Below, in pieces: positions 38,001 through 50,359 of a DNA stretch of 64,000 nucleotides. This DNA is from Bilabrum cf. latius (taxonomy: Eukaryota). The translations under genes were made by a program, and so were the position numbers. The notes under the pieces were generated by a model. That model was not told the DNA's origin. It saw only the letters and a list, made by a program, of their open reading frames with translations, and made no database searches. Numbering within the stretch: position 1 is the first letter of the stretch; each line of letters opens with the position of its first letter. The DNA is taken from NCBI GenBank assembly GCA_965178125.1, contig OZ237739.1, forward strand, positions 744,001 through 808,000. The letters run 5' to 3'.

Positions 38001-41000
38001 AGCTGCAGGCGTAAGCGCGATCTGACCGTTAGAGGCAGCAGCGGTGACTGTCACAGAGCCCACGGGGGCCGATTTGAATGACATTGACACGGTGCCCGAC
38101 GACGGGGCCCCGCCCACGCCACCCTCACCCAGTAGCAGATAGGACTGATCCACCGAGATACCCGGCACGTCGTCCTCGGTCACGCGGGCTGTCACAGCGG
38201 GCATCTCAGCAGACCCACCCACCAGGCCGGCGTAGGCGGGATCCGACGGCGCCGAAGCAACCGTCACGTTGACCTGCACAGAGCGGAGCTGCTCGGGAGA
38301 AGCGCCCCTGAACACTGCCTGGTCGTTCGAAGGAACAAACGAGACCGACTGCGGGGTCTGCCAGTTTGCAGTCGTGAAAGACAGCGAGGAGGGGGCGACG
38401 ACCACCGCACCTCCGAAGGGCGCGTCCCCTGCGATTGCCAGACCGCTGGCAGCCAAGCCCAGCGTGACCGTCCCGGACGGCGTGGTTCCAAGCCGAACAA
38501 AGAACTGACCTGACTCGCCCTCCTCCACCTGGAACCCGTCAGGTTGCACCACCCGCACGGAAGCAGCGTCGTCGTCGTGCACGACGACAGTGATCGACAT
38601 GCTCACGTTGGCGTACTCATCGGGTGAGCCCTCACCGGCGTTCACGCTGAGCGTCTGCGTGTACGTGTCACCGCGATCGATGAAATCGGGGGGAGCGAAC
38701 ACGTCAAGTCTGACAGGAAAGTCCCAGCCGGCGCGAGTGAACTCTGCTGCGCCCGTAGCCGTGTTGTCAGAACCTCCGAAAGATAGAGTGCCTCGACTAG
38801 GGCTGATGATCTGCACGAGCCCGTTCGAGTGTGACGAGTGCTATAGATCCGCACTGACCGCCTGGAATGGCGTTGATGCCAGCGTAACCTCGATGGAGCG
38901 CCTCTCGCCCTCCCGCATCTCGACCACGAGCCCCTCGCGCCCAGCCACCGACCAGGTGGGGGTCAGCAAGGCGTCAGGGCCAACTGCAATAGGGTTCGAG
39001 GTGCCGAGCAGCGGGAGGCCGGCTGATGGCGCCTGGTCGATTCGGCGGAGGATAAAGCCCGGTGCATCATCATCAATGACCTGGCCGCTGATCTAAGCGC
39101 TCTCTCCACCAAACAGGCCGCTGTACCTGCTGTCGCTAGCAGATTGCGACGTGTGCCCAACGGTGACGGACACGTCTCCCTCGGCAAACGTGTTCTGCAC
39201 TGCTTCCAGCCGAATTACCACTGGAACCTTCCAGTTGGCTCGCGTGAACTGCACCGTCTCGGGCACGGCCTCAATCTGGGCGGATCCGATCGGACCAACG
39301 GGCGTATTGGTGGTGTGACTAGGTCGGACGGTCACCGTGGAATCCCTAGCGGGCGGAGAGAGGAGCCGCACGGAGTACTCGTGGGTCGAGCTGGTCACTG
39401 CCGCCGTGAGCAGTCGTGCACCTCCACCAGAGGCCGAGGCCCCGCCCTCAAGCACGCTGAAGCTGCTGGCGTCGACAACTCCGATGCCCACAGGGTCATA
39501 CACGAGCACGTCTACCGATACGTCTTCCGTTGCCGCATATACAGCGTCGTCGGAATTGGCCGAAGACACGATCAGCCTGAAGCCTTCTTCAGTCTCAGTC
39601 AAGCCGTCTCGGCCAGCAAACAAATAGATGAACTGCGGCGTGTTCCACGTGTCAGCATCGAAAACAATCGAGGTGTTGCCAAATGCGCCAACGTCGCTCA
39701 GGTTGGCCGAAGAGGGGCTGCTCGTCACACCGTAATCAACACCAAGCCCACCCGATCCACCGACACCCTCGTCCACAGAATCGGACTGTACCGTAATTAT
39801 GACGGTGCTGCTGGGTCTGGTTCCAAGAGACACCGTGAACAGGGCCCCTGCCGCATCACCTTCAACAATCTCCACGGCATCATGCTCATGCTGCACGCGG
39901 ATGCCTGCTTCATCGTTGTCCGTAATTCCGAGCACCACCCGCGGTACAAATCGCCCGTCGTACCGAGGGTCCTCCGGGGCACTCACGCTGTGCAGCACGG
40001 CGGTGGAAGCCGAAACGCCCTCATCCACGTCGTCGTCCAGAACAGTCACGGTGATCTCGCGCCACTCGTTAAAATTGGAGCTCGTGAAATCCATGGGCTC
40101 GGCAGGCGATACAGAAATCAGGGCTGTAGTGGCCCCAGAGAACGGACGGGGCGACGTGGTCTCCTCGGCGGCCTGGACCGTGACTGACCCAGCAGTCGGG
40201 GGTGCCGTCAGCCTGATGCGATAGGAGAAGCCGGACGAGACCGGCGGGATGCCTGTCGGAGACGCCCCCTCCGTAAGGTTTGTGACGATGGCCCGACCAT
40301 CCCCGAGCTCATAGGATCCTGGCGTGACCGCCTCCAGCTCGATGCCGACTTCATCGGTCACAGTGATGGGCAGCTCCACCGCCTCGAGTTCGTTGTAGAA
40401 CGGATCGGCGCTTGAGGGCTTCAGCTCGATCGTAGACTCCATAGCAGGCTCGTCTGGCGCGCCGGCCCCGTCACGGATGGCAAGCACTGACATCTGCTGC
40501 GGCGTATCCCAGTTTGATTGATCAATCACCACGAATGCAGGCGATTGAAGAACAACCTGAGTTCCGTTGAATGGGCTGGATGCACTGACTGTGACGGGGT
40601 ACAGCGGGCTCGTGCTCGCTCGGACGGAGAATTGAGCGGCAGGTGCACCCTCGGCTACCTGCAGCTGAGTCGGTGACACCACGATAGCCACCAATGTGCT
40701 GTACACTGCCTGGATGCCGTGTGCGAACGGGAAATCGTAGTTGCTCAAGCCGCCACCGTACGTGTCTGCCGCGCTCAACTTGAGCAAAAAGTCCACTTGC
40801 TCACCGAAATGCGTGTCACCATCCTCGATGTCCACATCAAAGCTCAGCTGGTGGACAAACCCCTCAGACGGCTCGGATAGGTCGGCCCCAACGGCCACCA
40901 TAGCCCCGGAGGAGAGCTCTGGCAGAGGAGCCATGCCTTCAACCACCGAGACGTTGGCCCGCTGGAATGCGACCGAGATGGATATGTTTCCGTGCGGAGG

Positions 41001-44000
41001 AGGAATCGCGCTGAGCCTGGCAAAGTAGCTCACAGGGCCAGCCGACTCGAGGATTTGGCGCGTCTCGTCGCTGTCGCTGAGAACAACCTCTACACCGTCG
41101 TTTACGTAGACCAGCTGCATACTGGCATTGGTGGTGTCCACCAGCTCCAGTGCCATGGTGTCGGGGACCGTGTCATTGCCATCAGCACGATTCAGGCCTG
41201 CAAGCGTGTCCGATTCGCTCGCCACACTGATCACATACTGCTCGTCGCCCTGCAGCACAAAATCGAGCCCTTCAAAATTAAGGTTCAGCGTCACGTTCGG
41301 GTATGCGTGATCCACTGAGACGGCGTGGTCAGTAAGCTTGGCAAGCTCAAGGCCAGGCTCCGGGAATCCCTCGGTGACGTGCTCAATTGCGTAAGACGGG
41401 TGGCTGCCGGTCGCAGAGGCGTCGAATGAGAGCTCTGCCTTTCCAAAGAGAGGCAGCTTCGTGGGGAACAGGACCACCTGCGCGGATCCTTCGTTCTCTC
41501 GCAGGGACAAAGAGCTCGCTGCCCACCGGTACTCAGACACGTCGTTGTCTCCCAGCTGCACGGTGGCACTCGCCTATTCCACGCCGTGGTAGTTTGAGGC
41601 AGATGACTCCTAGTCTATCGTTAGCAAAAGGTAGGCCTCCAGCGTGTCAGGCTCGACGAAGCTGTCGTCCAGAGCAGACACTATAATAGTCTGCGTAACG
41701 TTCCAGTTCGAATGGTCGAACGTGAGCGAGGCAGGCTCGAATACCAGCTATTGGTACTCAAGCTCTGACAGGTCCGTCACGAGCAAACCGGCTTCGTTCA
41801 CACTCTAGCTCGTGAATACGACCACCTCGCTGGTGCCCGTGTTGTCTGGAACATCTGGAATGGCAGCAAGCCGCACATGTACGCTGGCAGTCGCCCCTCC
41901 TTCAGCCGCCTGGAAGGTCTGCGGGTTCATCACAACGAGGTCGGGCGCCTCGTACACGAAGAAGGTCACTTGCGTGACGGCCGCATCCGTGCCCGTTATG
42001 GTATCCACGGGCAGGAATGTCGATCCGGTGATGGTCACGGTGAGTGCAAATGTGGCCTTATGCTCGAATGCCTCGCTGTCCGCAGGGGCCGTGGCCTCGA
42101 ACAGAAGCGGGCCAACCAGGTTCTAAACGGTTGAAGACGAGCCTGATTCGCCCCCTAGCACTGCCAAAGACCTTTCCATATTGTCCTTTAGAAGGACCAC
42201 GATGTCATCGAGTTCGGCATGGGAACCGGACACAACGGACAATGTCACCTCGACGGTATACGACTCCTCTTCAGTCTCCGCAGCAGACATCTCGGCGATG
42301 AACACCTATCCAGTGATTGCTTCCTCTTCACCTTCGATGAGGGCGCCCTGGGCCGGACTTGCATCCAGGTACAGGCCCTCATCAGCGTCCACAAACAGGA
42401 GGCCAACCGATTGTCTGCTCGAGTTCCAACCGACCAATCCCTCTTGCGTGAAGGTAATCGCTGACAGCGTGATGGTGCCGTTTCCGGTTCGTGGGAGCGA
42501 AGCAGCCGCCTGCACGTCGACGTCAAAGCTGTCTCCAGTTGTAGGGTTCTCCACGACAACAAACTTGGCATCTCCGTCGGAAAATGAGGACCATAGCGCA
42601 AGGTCAGCGTTGGACTACGCCCAGGAAGGCAATTCTGAATAGTATGACTCATTCCAACCGATCGGCAGCAGCTCCAAACCGGGGATGACAGTGCCATCCA
42701 GGTGGAACACACCAGACGCAGCGAATACCAACACAAGTGTTTCGCTCGAAGTTCCATTGACTGTAACCGTCATACCAGAAGACGCGTTGTACCCCTCGAT
42801 CACGCTTGGGGTCCCTGTGGCTTGCACCTCCACCGAGCCGAGATCGTCGTCCCTCACTAGAACGTCCGCGAAGTCCGACACAACAGCCTCCATGCGCGAG
42901 AACCCATCATCCACAGCTGACGCTTCGATCATTGCGACGAGAGTAGTTGCATTGGGCATAGCTTCGTCGCCATGAGTCATCTCTGGACTCTCAGCGAAGA
43001 ACCCAAGCACAGTGGACACCAGGTCGATTTCAATCACGTCGTCCTGCAAAGGAGAGAGACGAACGTCTACTTCCTGGTCCCAATTCGACTCATTGAACTC
43101 AATCACGGCTATGTATCCGTTCAGAACAGGCTCAAACTGGGCAGGGTAGGAATCCCCGAGACCAGGCTCGCTCGTGCGCTCGGCAAGGCTCGAAGTACCC
43201 GACCCTGCAGCTTCGGATCGGCCTAGCGAATTCAACCGATATGTGGTTAACTCGGCCACAATGACACGTGCAGAGCCGTTGGCATAGATAAAAGAATCGG
43301 GGGGATTGTCCAGCCGAACTTTTGCCGCGATCGCAGGGCTATCTCCTTCGGACAGCTCGGTCGGGCGATCACCGACTGCCAGACGCACCTGCGGTCGTGT
43401 GCGGTTGACCTCAATGAACTGAATGGTAGCATTCGCGGGCTCCTCTAACCATCCATTTGTACCCGGTGCTCCGAGTACCCAGGACATGGCCTGCACCTCG
43501 AACGACCTCTCGTAGTCGTCATCAATTTCTACGTTGACGCGTGTTAGCAGCGACTCTGCGGCAGCCAGCGATGTCCGGTAGGCGTACAGGACATCACCAG
43601 ACAGCAGACCCGAGTCGTTCAGGACCGTCACACGATCCTGCGCCCATGCAGGCAGCGACATGAAACCCACAGGGGACCAGTCGATCGCCGCGAGCGACAC
43701 GCTCGGAAGACCAAATGGCTCTGGCCATACGGCGTGAGCTGACACAACCGCTACCAGCTCCTCGCTGGACTCTCCATTCAGCACGGTGGCGAAAGACGAG
43801 GTGGCCGTATCGTTCAGAGATATCTTGGAGGGCACTCCTGGGCCCACTACCTGCACGCTGCCCGTGTCATCGTCCAAGATGCTCACAGTGCCAATAAATA
43901 GCAGCTCCAGCCTGGGCATCTCACCGGTCTGCACCGTCACGTTCTCGAACACCTTTGTAGTGACTCGCACCGTGAAATTACGGACAGCCTGGTTGATGGT

Positions 44001-47000
44001 GTTGTCATCAGTGAAGCTCAGAGCAGCAGAGGCTGAGTCCAGGTGCGTCTGGTTGCTCAAACTGGTGTCGCTGCTTGTCGCCAGCGAAGATGCGACGTAC
44101 GTCAGCCCGTTCTCGTCCAGCGTCTCCACACTGACCTATATTCCACCGTTCACGAATCGGATCATGTCCGCAACCACCAACCCCAGCCCGTTGGCAAGGC
44201 TGCTCTCCTTGATGCGGAGGACAGCCCCACCGCTGACCTAGTGCTGGTCCATGTCGGGCATATCAATGGGGATGGACACCAGCTGCACCGCGTCGGCAGG
44301 AAAAGCCCCTCCCAGCGACACTTCGACGTACGGCACATCGTCGTCGAGCGTCCCCACGATGGTTCCACCCCACACAGTGCTGTTCAAGACTGGGTTAGGT
44401 CCTGCCTCGGCCGGCATACTCGCGTTGAGGCTGAGCTCGCTGAACACGATAGAGAGCTCGCTTGCAACCAGGTCCTCCGAGCTCAGCAGCGGAATGGCTT
44501 GCTCTTGCGCAGCTGCCACCAACGACGCGGTGAACTGGCCCAGCCTCACCAGCGGCTCTTCCCCGCTGAGCCCCTCGACTCTGACGGTCACTTCCACTGG
44601 GAACATAGTCTCACCTCCTTGCAGGGCGACCACCAACCACGCCAGCTCGTTCTCGCGCAGAACAGCACAGCTTCCAGTGATCCCGAGGCCAATTGCTTCG
44701 CTGGATGGAGAAACCGTGTCGTTGCCGCAAACTGCCACGCTCCGCGGGACATTGTACAGGTCAAGACCGCTGCTGTACAGGGGGTTCGTTAGGGTGAAGG
44801 GAATCTCGAGCCCCGCAACTCCGCGGTTGTCGCCACCCTCCACCCACAGCTGAATAAACGGATGCTCGTTGTCCACTACAATAATGTCCATCGCAGCATC
44901 CGCCGCTGCCTCGATCCTGGTCTCGTTCATCGCGTCGGCGTCTCCGCGCAGAATGGCCCTGCCCGTGGCGGCGTCGGGCATGGACGAGTAGCCGTTCGTC
45001 ATGTCTGGAGACTCCACGACAAAGCCCAGCACCACGGAGAGCTGTTCGATCTCGATGATGGAGTCGTCCAGCACGCTGACGACCACGTCCTGGTCCTGCT
45101 CCCAGTTGGCCTCGTTGAACTCGAGCACGGCCACGTAGCCGTCGGCACTCGTCTCAAGCTGGAAGGGATAGGCGCTCGAGATGGCTGGCTCGATGGTCCG
45201 GTCCGCGATACTAGCATTGTTGGACTGGTTTGCCAGGCTACGCCCCAAACTGCTAAGCTCGTACTGCGCCAGTTCAGCCACGAATACCCTCACCGTGCCG
45301 TTGCCGTACATGGGCGCATCAGGGATGCTGGACAGCCGCACCGTGCCCACCACCACGTCCCTGTCGCCCTCGGTAGCAGCAACGCTCAAGTTTTGGGTGG
45401 CAATGACGCCTACCTCGCTCACTGAGGACTTCTCAATGATGTTCACGGTCACATTCTGCAGCAGGCCGTCGTACTTGGGATCGGAGGAGTTCGTCCGCAG
45501 CACAACCGTGGCTGTGCGCGCGTGCCCGTCGTGCTGCGTGATAGACTCGGTTAGGCGCACGATGAACTGGAAGCTCGTGTCCTGATCCAGCATGGCGTCA
45601 AGGCCGGGCGGCAGCGTCAGGTTGAGCGACTGCGACGCGCCCCCGAGAGCCAGGTCAGAGGCGTTGTGCAGAAAAACCTCCACCCCGTCGATGTCCGCCT
45701 GGTCAAGCGCAACAGTCGCGTGCACGCCCACTGCGGCGAAAGGGGACGTCAGCGTGCCCACCCTCAGGATGGCTGTGCTCCCCTCCTACAGCTCGATCTG
45801 CGCGGTAGGGAAGTGCCCCATGGAGCTGTTGGTGCTGTTGGCCTGCACCGCCGACAGGGCCAGGCCAGGAACGTCGTCGTCCAGCACCGCCACGGTGATG
45901 GTGCCGTTCCCCAGCTCGTACGAGGACGTATAGGCAAATGTGCTGTTCAGGACCAGCTGGATGCTGCCCGTCCTGAGACCGTCCGCCACGGCGTTCTGCC
46001 GCCCCCGCACCTGGATCACACGGCTGGTCGTGCCTCCAGGGGCAAAGAACAGGGTGCTGGGGGTGACGTCAAAGGCAGGGGGGATGCCCTACCCGCCCAC
46101 GTACGGATCAAAACGGTCCGCGGGGGGCACCATGTCGTACACGGGGTTGGTGTTGTTGGTCTTGAGCTGCACCATGACCGTGTCGGTGACCGTCCCAGTG
46201 ACGTAGATCTCGATGTGCTCAGAGCTGGAGGAGCCCTCCTGCAGCACCACGTGGCTCGAATTGTCCGTGGTAAAGGCGTCACTGCCATATGCCCGCGCCG
46301 AAATAGTCACGGTCTCCACCACGATCGTCACCGCCACAGTCGCCTCGAGCCCGTCGAAAGCGCCCTGCGTGGAGGTGGACTCAACCGCGACCAGCACCTC
46401 CACGTTGCCGGTGCCCTCCAGCTCAGCCTGCTGAATAAAGTTAAAGTTTTCGTTGATCTGCAGGGAGAAGGTGGCGCCAGCGACCGCAAGCTCCGACACG
46501 CCCGTGACCGACGGCAGCGAACCGTTCGCCAGGACGAATGGGGGCTCGGTTTGGTCTGAGCCAGCAGCTGCTTCGCTGGTGATGCTCAGTGTCACGTTGG
46601 TACTTGGAGCTGCACCAAGGAATGCAGACACATCAATCTGTCCGCTGAAGCTGGCCCCAGTGGTGCTCAAAGACGAGGATAGAGCTATCGTTGCCGAATC
46701 GTCTTCCTCCAAGTAGAATCGGAACCGGGACTCCAATCCGTCAAAAGTCCCATTCGAGGAACCATTTCCACTAACCACTAGCTCAAGCAGATGAGAATGC
46801 TCGCTTGGGACGAGATCATCTGGCATCGTTGCTGAGAACTCCACAAATCCCGCGTTTGCGCCAAGGTCGCCGTCTACGTTCGACCAGCTTCCGTTGGCCA
46901 CTGCATTACTTGCCTCAGCATCTGTGGTAAATGCCTCAATGAAGCGTACGGATGGCACGGCAACGAATGAGCCGAGGTCAGCATCGCTGCCGGCTGCTAT

Positions 47001-47312
47001 TACGTTCAGCGACAGGGCCACCTCTATGTCATCAACCGCGGCCGGCTCGCTCGCCCACACGCGGATGGTAACCAATTCTCCCTCTGATGATGCATCTGGA
47101 ATGGTAATATTAGATTCGGATTCAAGAGGGAGCTCTATTGTACCGATGGCGGCGTGAAAGCGCGGCACTGAAGAGCTGCTGAGCCGTCGACCCCAGGAAC
47201 GAAGCTGTTCTACATCTTCAAGTCCGACGTCCGCCTCCTCGTACGAAGAGGCCTGTGATAACTCTACATATACTCCAAGTACCACGGCCGAAATTGCAAG
47301 AACCGCCCACAT
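29049..47312 (-). CDS. Giant polycystin-1/REJ-like receptor (~6,090 aa): signal peptide, Calx-beta-like repeats, REJ, EGF-like, GPS, multi-TM, IQ motif
   Basis: 20 ORF-track fragments in a single frame, 25 in-frame TAG, no TAA/TGA until 29051-29049. Signal MWAVLAISAVVLGV; repeats FT.ANW..PQ.V.V.A.DD; REJ VNQPPFSG..WTDDEEDLPLRYLFGY; GPS CRYFDEE..CATLHLTDFS; IQ-like VQSAYRRFHA. Confidence 0.88.
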
Positions 47313-47615
47313 TCTGCCCGAGAACCGCGGTATAGCAATAACGGAAGGGTTCACGGCACGCGCCACGTTTCAAGGCCAGGCTGCGTGTCGATACTTGGAA
47401 CTACCAAGAATGTATCGTCTAGGTCTTGTGCGAACCTTTTGCTTTAGTAACACCTAGGCTTTATCGCTACTTGTGCGCTGGAAATGCGAAAATGCGTCCG
47501 GAGCGTTTTGGGTACCCCTTCTGTGAACAGATGGTCGCAACATGTGCAAGCACAAAACCACGGCCTGAACTGGCTGCAAACGAATAAATTGGAGAATGCT
47601 GCAATGACAAATGTA

Positions 47616-49324
47616 TCATGTCATCGTAAAGTGCGACTGGAGCTGCTTTCTAAGCTCGAGAGAGTCTGCGTGCTCTGGGTACGCCTCCAGCGCCCTTCCA
47701 ACCATCTCGAACGCCTCCTGAAACTGCCCTACTTTGTACGCCAGCAGTGCGCCGTTGAATTGAGCCTCGTACAGGTGTGGCGCAAGACGAGCTGCGGATC
47801 GAAACGAAGCCCGGGCCGCCTCAACGTTCCCCCGGCGCATCTCCAGCACGCCGAGATTCACCATGGCCTCCGCGTGCTGGGGGTCTGCCGCGAGCGCAAC
47901 CTTGAACGCCTGGTAAGCGACTCCCATATCGCCAATCCCGATGCCTATGTGGCCCACGTTGTACCAGACGTCGGCCGCCGCGTCGTCCTCGGCCATGGCG
48001 AGGGCCCGCTCGAGGCACGTGAGAGCCATGTCGAACTGGGAGGCGTAGAAGCAGCACAGGCCCAGGTTGGTCCACAGCTCGGCGGAGTGCACGCCCATCT
48101 GGAGCAGCCGCCTATAGTACCGCAGCGCGATCTCCGGCCGGTCCGAGTAGAAGAAGTTGCTCGCCAGCGATGCGATTGCTTCGATGTGGCCGGCGTCCCT
48201 CGAGAGCACGCGCCGGTACAAGGCGGCGCTGGCCTGCACCTCCCCCAGCATCTCATGGACCCTGGCCATGCCCTGCAGCAGGTAGGCCTCGTCGGGGAAC
48301 CGCTGCAGCCCCTTCGAGTACCACTGCAGAGCAGTGGCCGGCTGGTCCAGCTTCATGTAGCACTTGCATAGCTCGAGGTACCCGTCCACCGTGGGCTGCG
48401 TCTGCAGGGAGCTCTTGAACTGCCGCTCGGCCTCCCGCAGCAAGCCCAGCTGGTAGTACGCCTTGCCCAGCCGTGACTTCCACCACCAATCCGCAAAGCC
48501 AACCTTGACTGTGGCTGCTGCCGCCAGCTCCACTGCCTTCCTCGGGTTATGGTCGTGATACAGAATGTACTCGCAAAGGGCCTTGGCCACTGCTGCTCGC
48601 CCGGCGTACCGCTTCATGTCCAATCGTTCGACGTCGATGAACGGACCGCCTTCTTGGGACATCATAGACGCAGTGCCCAGCCGCACCGCCCGCCCGAGGC
48701 TGGTCATGGGCCGGGAGCTGCCCGCCCTTGAGCTCTTGAAGGCGCTGCTGGCGCCAGTCTGCATCCCGGTGATCGGCCGGGATGACGTCCCCGGGCGTAA
48801 GAATCCCGACACTGGTCGACCAGTGGCCGTTACAGGACGCATGGCGGGATTGTTTGCGGAGGAAGCGCTCCCAGTGATCGGTCGATGCAATGATGTTCCA
48901 GCTCTGCGCGCAAGGACGAAGTATCATCAATGTACAATGAAAAGGTCCATGAAGATGCGAGCCGCACTTTCTGATACCGGAGTCGCTATGACAACCTACT
49001 TGCTCACCTCGGCAGCTGGGCAAGGGCGTTGTCGTCCATTAACAGTTCAGCTACGCCCTCCTCCTCCATCTCTGTATCGTCAATCCACATCTTTTCTGTC
49101 AGTGCCCTGGTTTTCAGCATCCAGACAGCCCGATCGAGAGAATTCTATTTTAACAACTTAGTGCATAGATCGATGCATGCATCGTACTGCTAGCAGTCGA
49201 ATTTAAACTGGGCATAGAAGAAAGGGTCCACGCCAGCGGGGATCGCAGCCTCATCAGTGGCACCCGCCTGGCTTTCACCAGCTCCGCTAGCAGCAGCGGC
49301 TATTGGCTTTAACGGAACTGCCAT
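47616..49324 (-). CDS. BBS8: BBSome subunit TTC8/BBS8, 2 exons
   Basis: Exon 1 DPFFYA..CIDLCT..AVWMLKTRALT..EEEGVAELLMDDNALAQLPR with TAG at 49190 and 49145; intron 49007-48904; RPMTSLGRAVRLGTASM, DWWWKSRLGKAYY, TPR array; TGA end. Confidence 0.96.
48904..49007 (-). other. Spliceosomal intron (104 nt)
   Basis: GTGAGC...GCGCAG; splicing gives QLPRAGTSL, matching BBS8 PRPGTSL. Confidence 0.92.
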
Positions 49325-49449
49325 ACGTTGAATCAAAAGCCCTCTGACGAATTCGCTGTTAGTGGGACGCGCGTCGCCATCCGTTTGTGCTATGCGAGCG
49401 ATAACCGGAACTGCATATTAGGGTCCAGCCGGTCCATAAGTGCCTAAGA

Positions 49450-50235
49450 ATGGAAGCTTCCTTTGGGTAGACAGTGTCTGGTGCTCTAAAATTGAAAGGA
49501 ATTGATCTTAGTGCGTCAGCAGCAGGGGGCAAAAAGAAGAAGAAGAAGGACAAGAAGCGCAAGAAGAGTTCCAAGGACTCTGGCAGCGAAGCGGCCAGCT
49601 CTTCCCTTGTCGGACGGAAGCGATCGCGAGAGCCTGATGCGTCTCATGATGCAGATTCATCTGGGATGATTGGCGCTAGAGTGTTTCGAGGAGCAGGGTC
49701 CGTGACTGTGGCCGGGACTGTCGTCACCGGGATTGGGACGAAGTTCCTGTCTGAGTTGCGGGATGGTGACGCCATCAAGTTGGAAGCTCCATCCTTACCG
49801 TATTCGCCACCATCGAGTGCAGCTAGCAGTAGCTCCAGCGGTGCATCGACTGCTTCAGCAGCGGCTTCCAGTACTTCTAGTGGCGAAGTGCGCGTAGTGA
49901 AGCACGTCTTCTCGGACACCCAGTTGAAGATAAGTTCTCCCTTCCCCGGGACCCACGCCGCTCCCGTTCCATATACTTGCATGACCCTCCCTCGAAAGGT
50001 GGAAACCGAAGCAGACCGTCAGGCGAAGGAAAAGCGGCGGAGGCTGGCGGAGGAGAGCGCGGCTGCCGGCACGTACGGGGGTGCCGGCGGCCACGTGCTG
50101 ACGTTCCGAGAAAAGAAGGCAGGCACTTCCCATGGATCCTACCGTATCGTCACCAAGAAGCTGGACGGGCCTATCAGCAGGGAGGAGCTGTTGCAGATGA
50201 GGGCCAAGAAGAAGAGCGACAGGTACTGCATGTGA
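49450..50235 (+). CDS. Basic nuclear-type protein with FRG1-like termini
   Basis: ATG 49450, TAG 49468, LKLKG + poly-Lys N-terminus; C-terminus ELLQMRAKKKSDRYCM resembles the FRG1 tail (LLDRRAKLKADRYCK). Confidence 0.7.
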
Positions 50236-50359
50236 TGGCAGCCTGCGGGAAGCTGCTGCTCATTCAAAGTTCACGATGAACGTTGATGCAAAATACAACG
50301 ATTGCTTTGCAAGCAGTATCATGCGAGTATGGACGCCTAAAGCTGCTTCGCACCGCACA

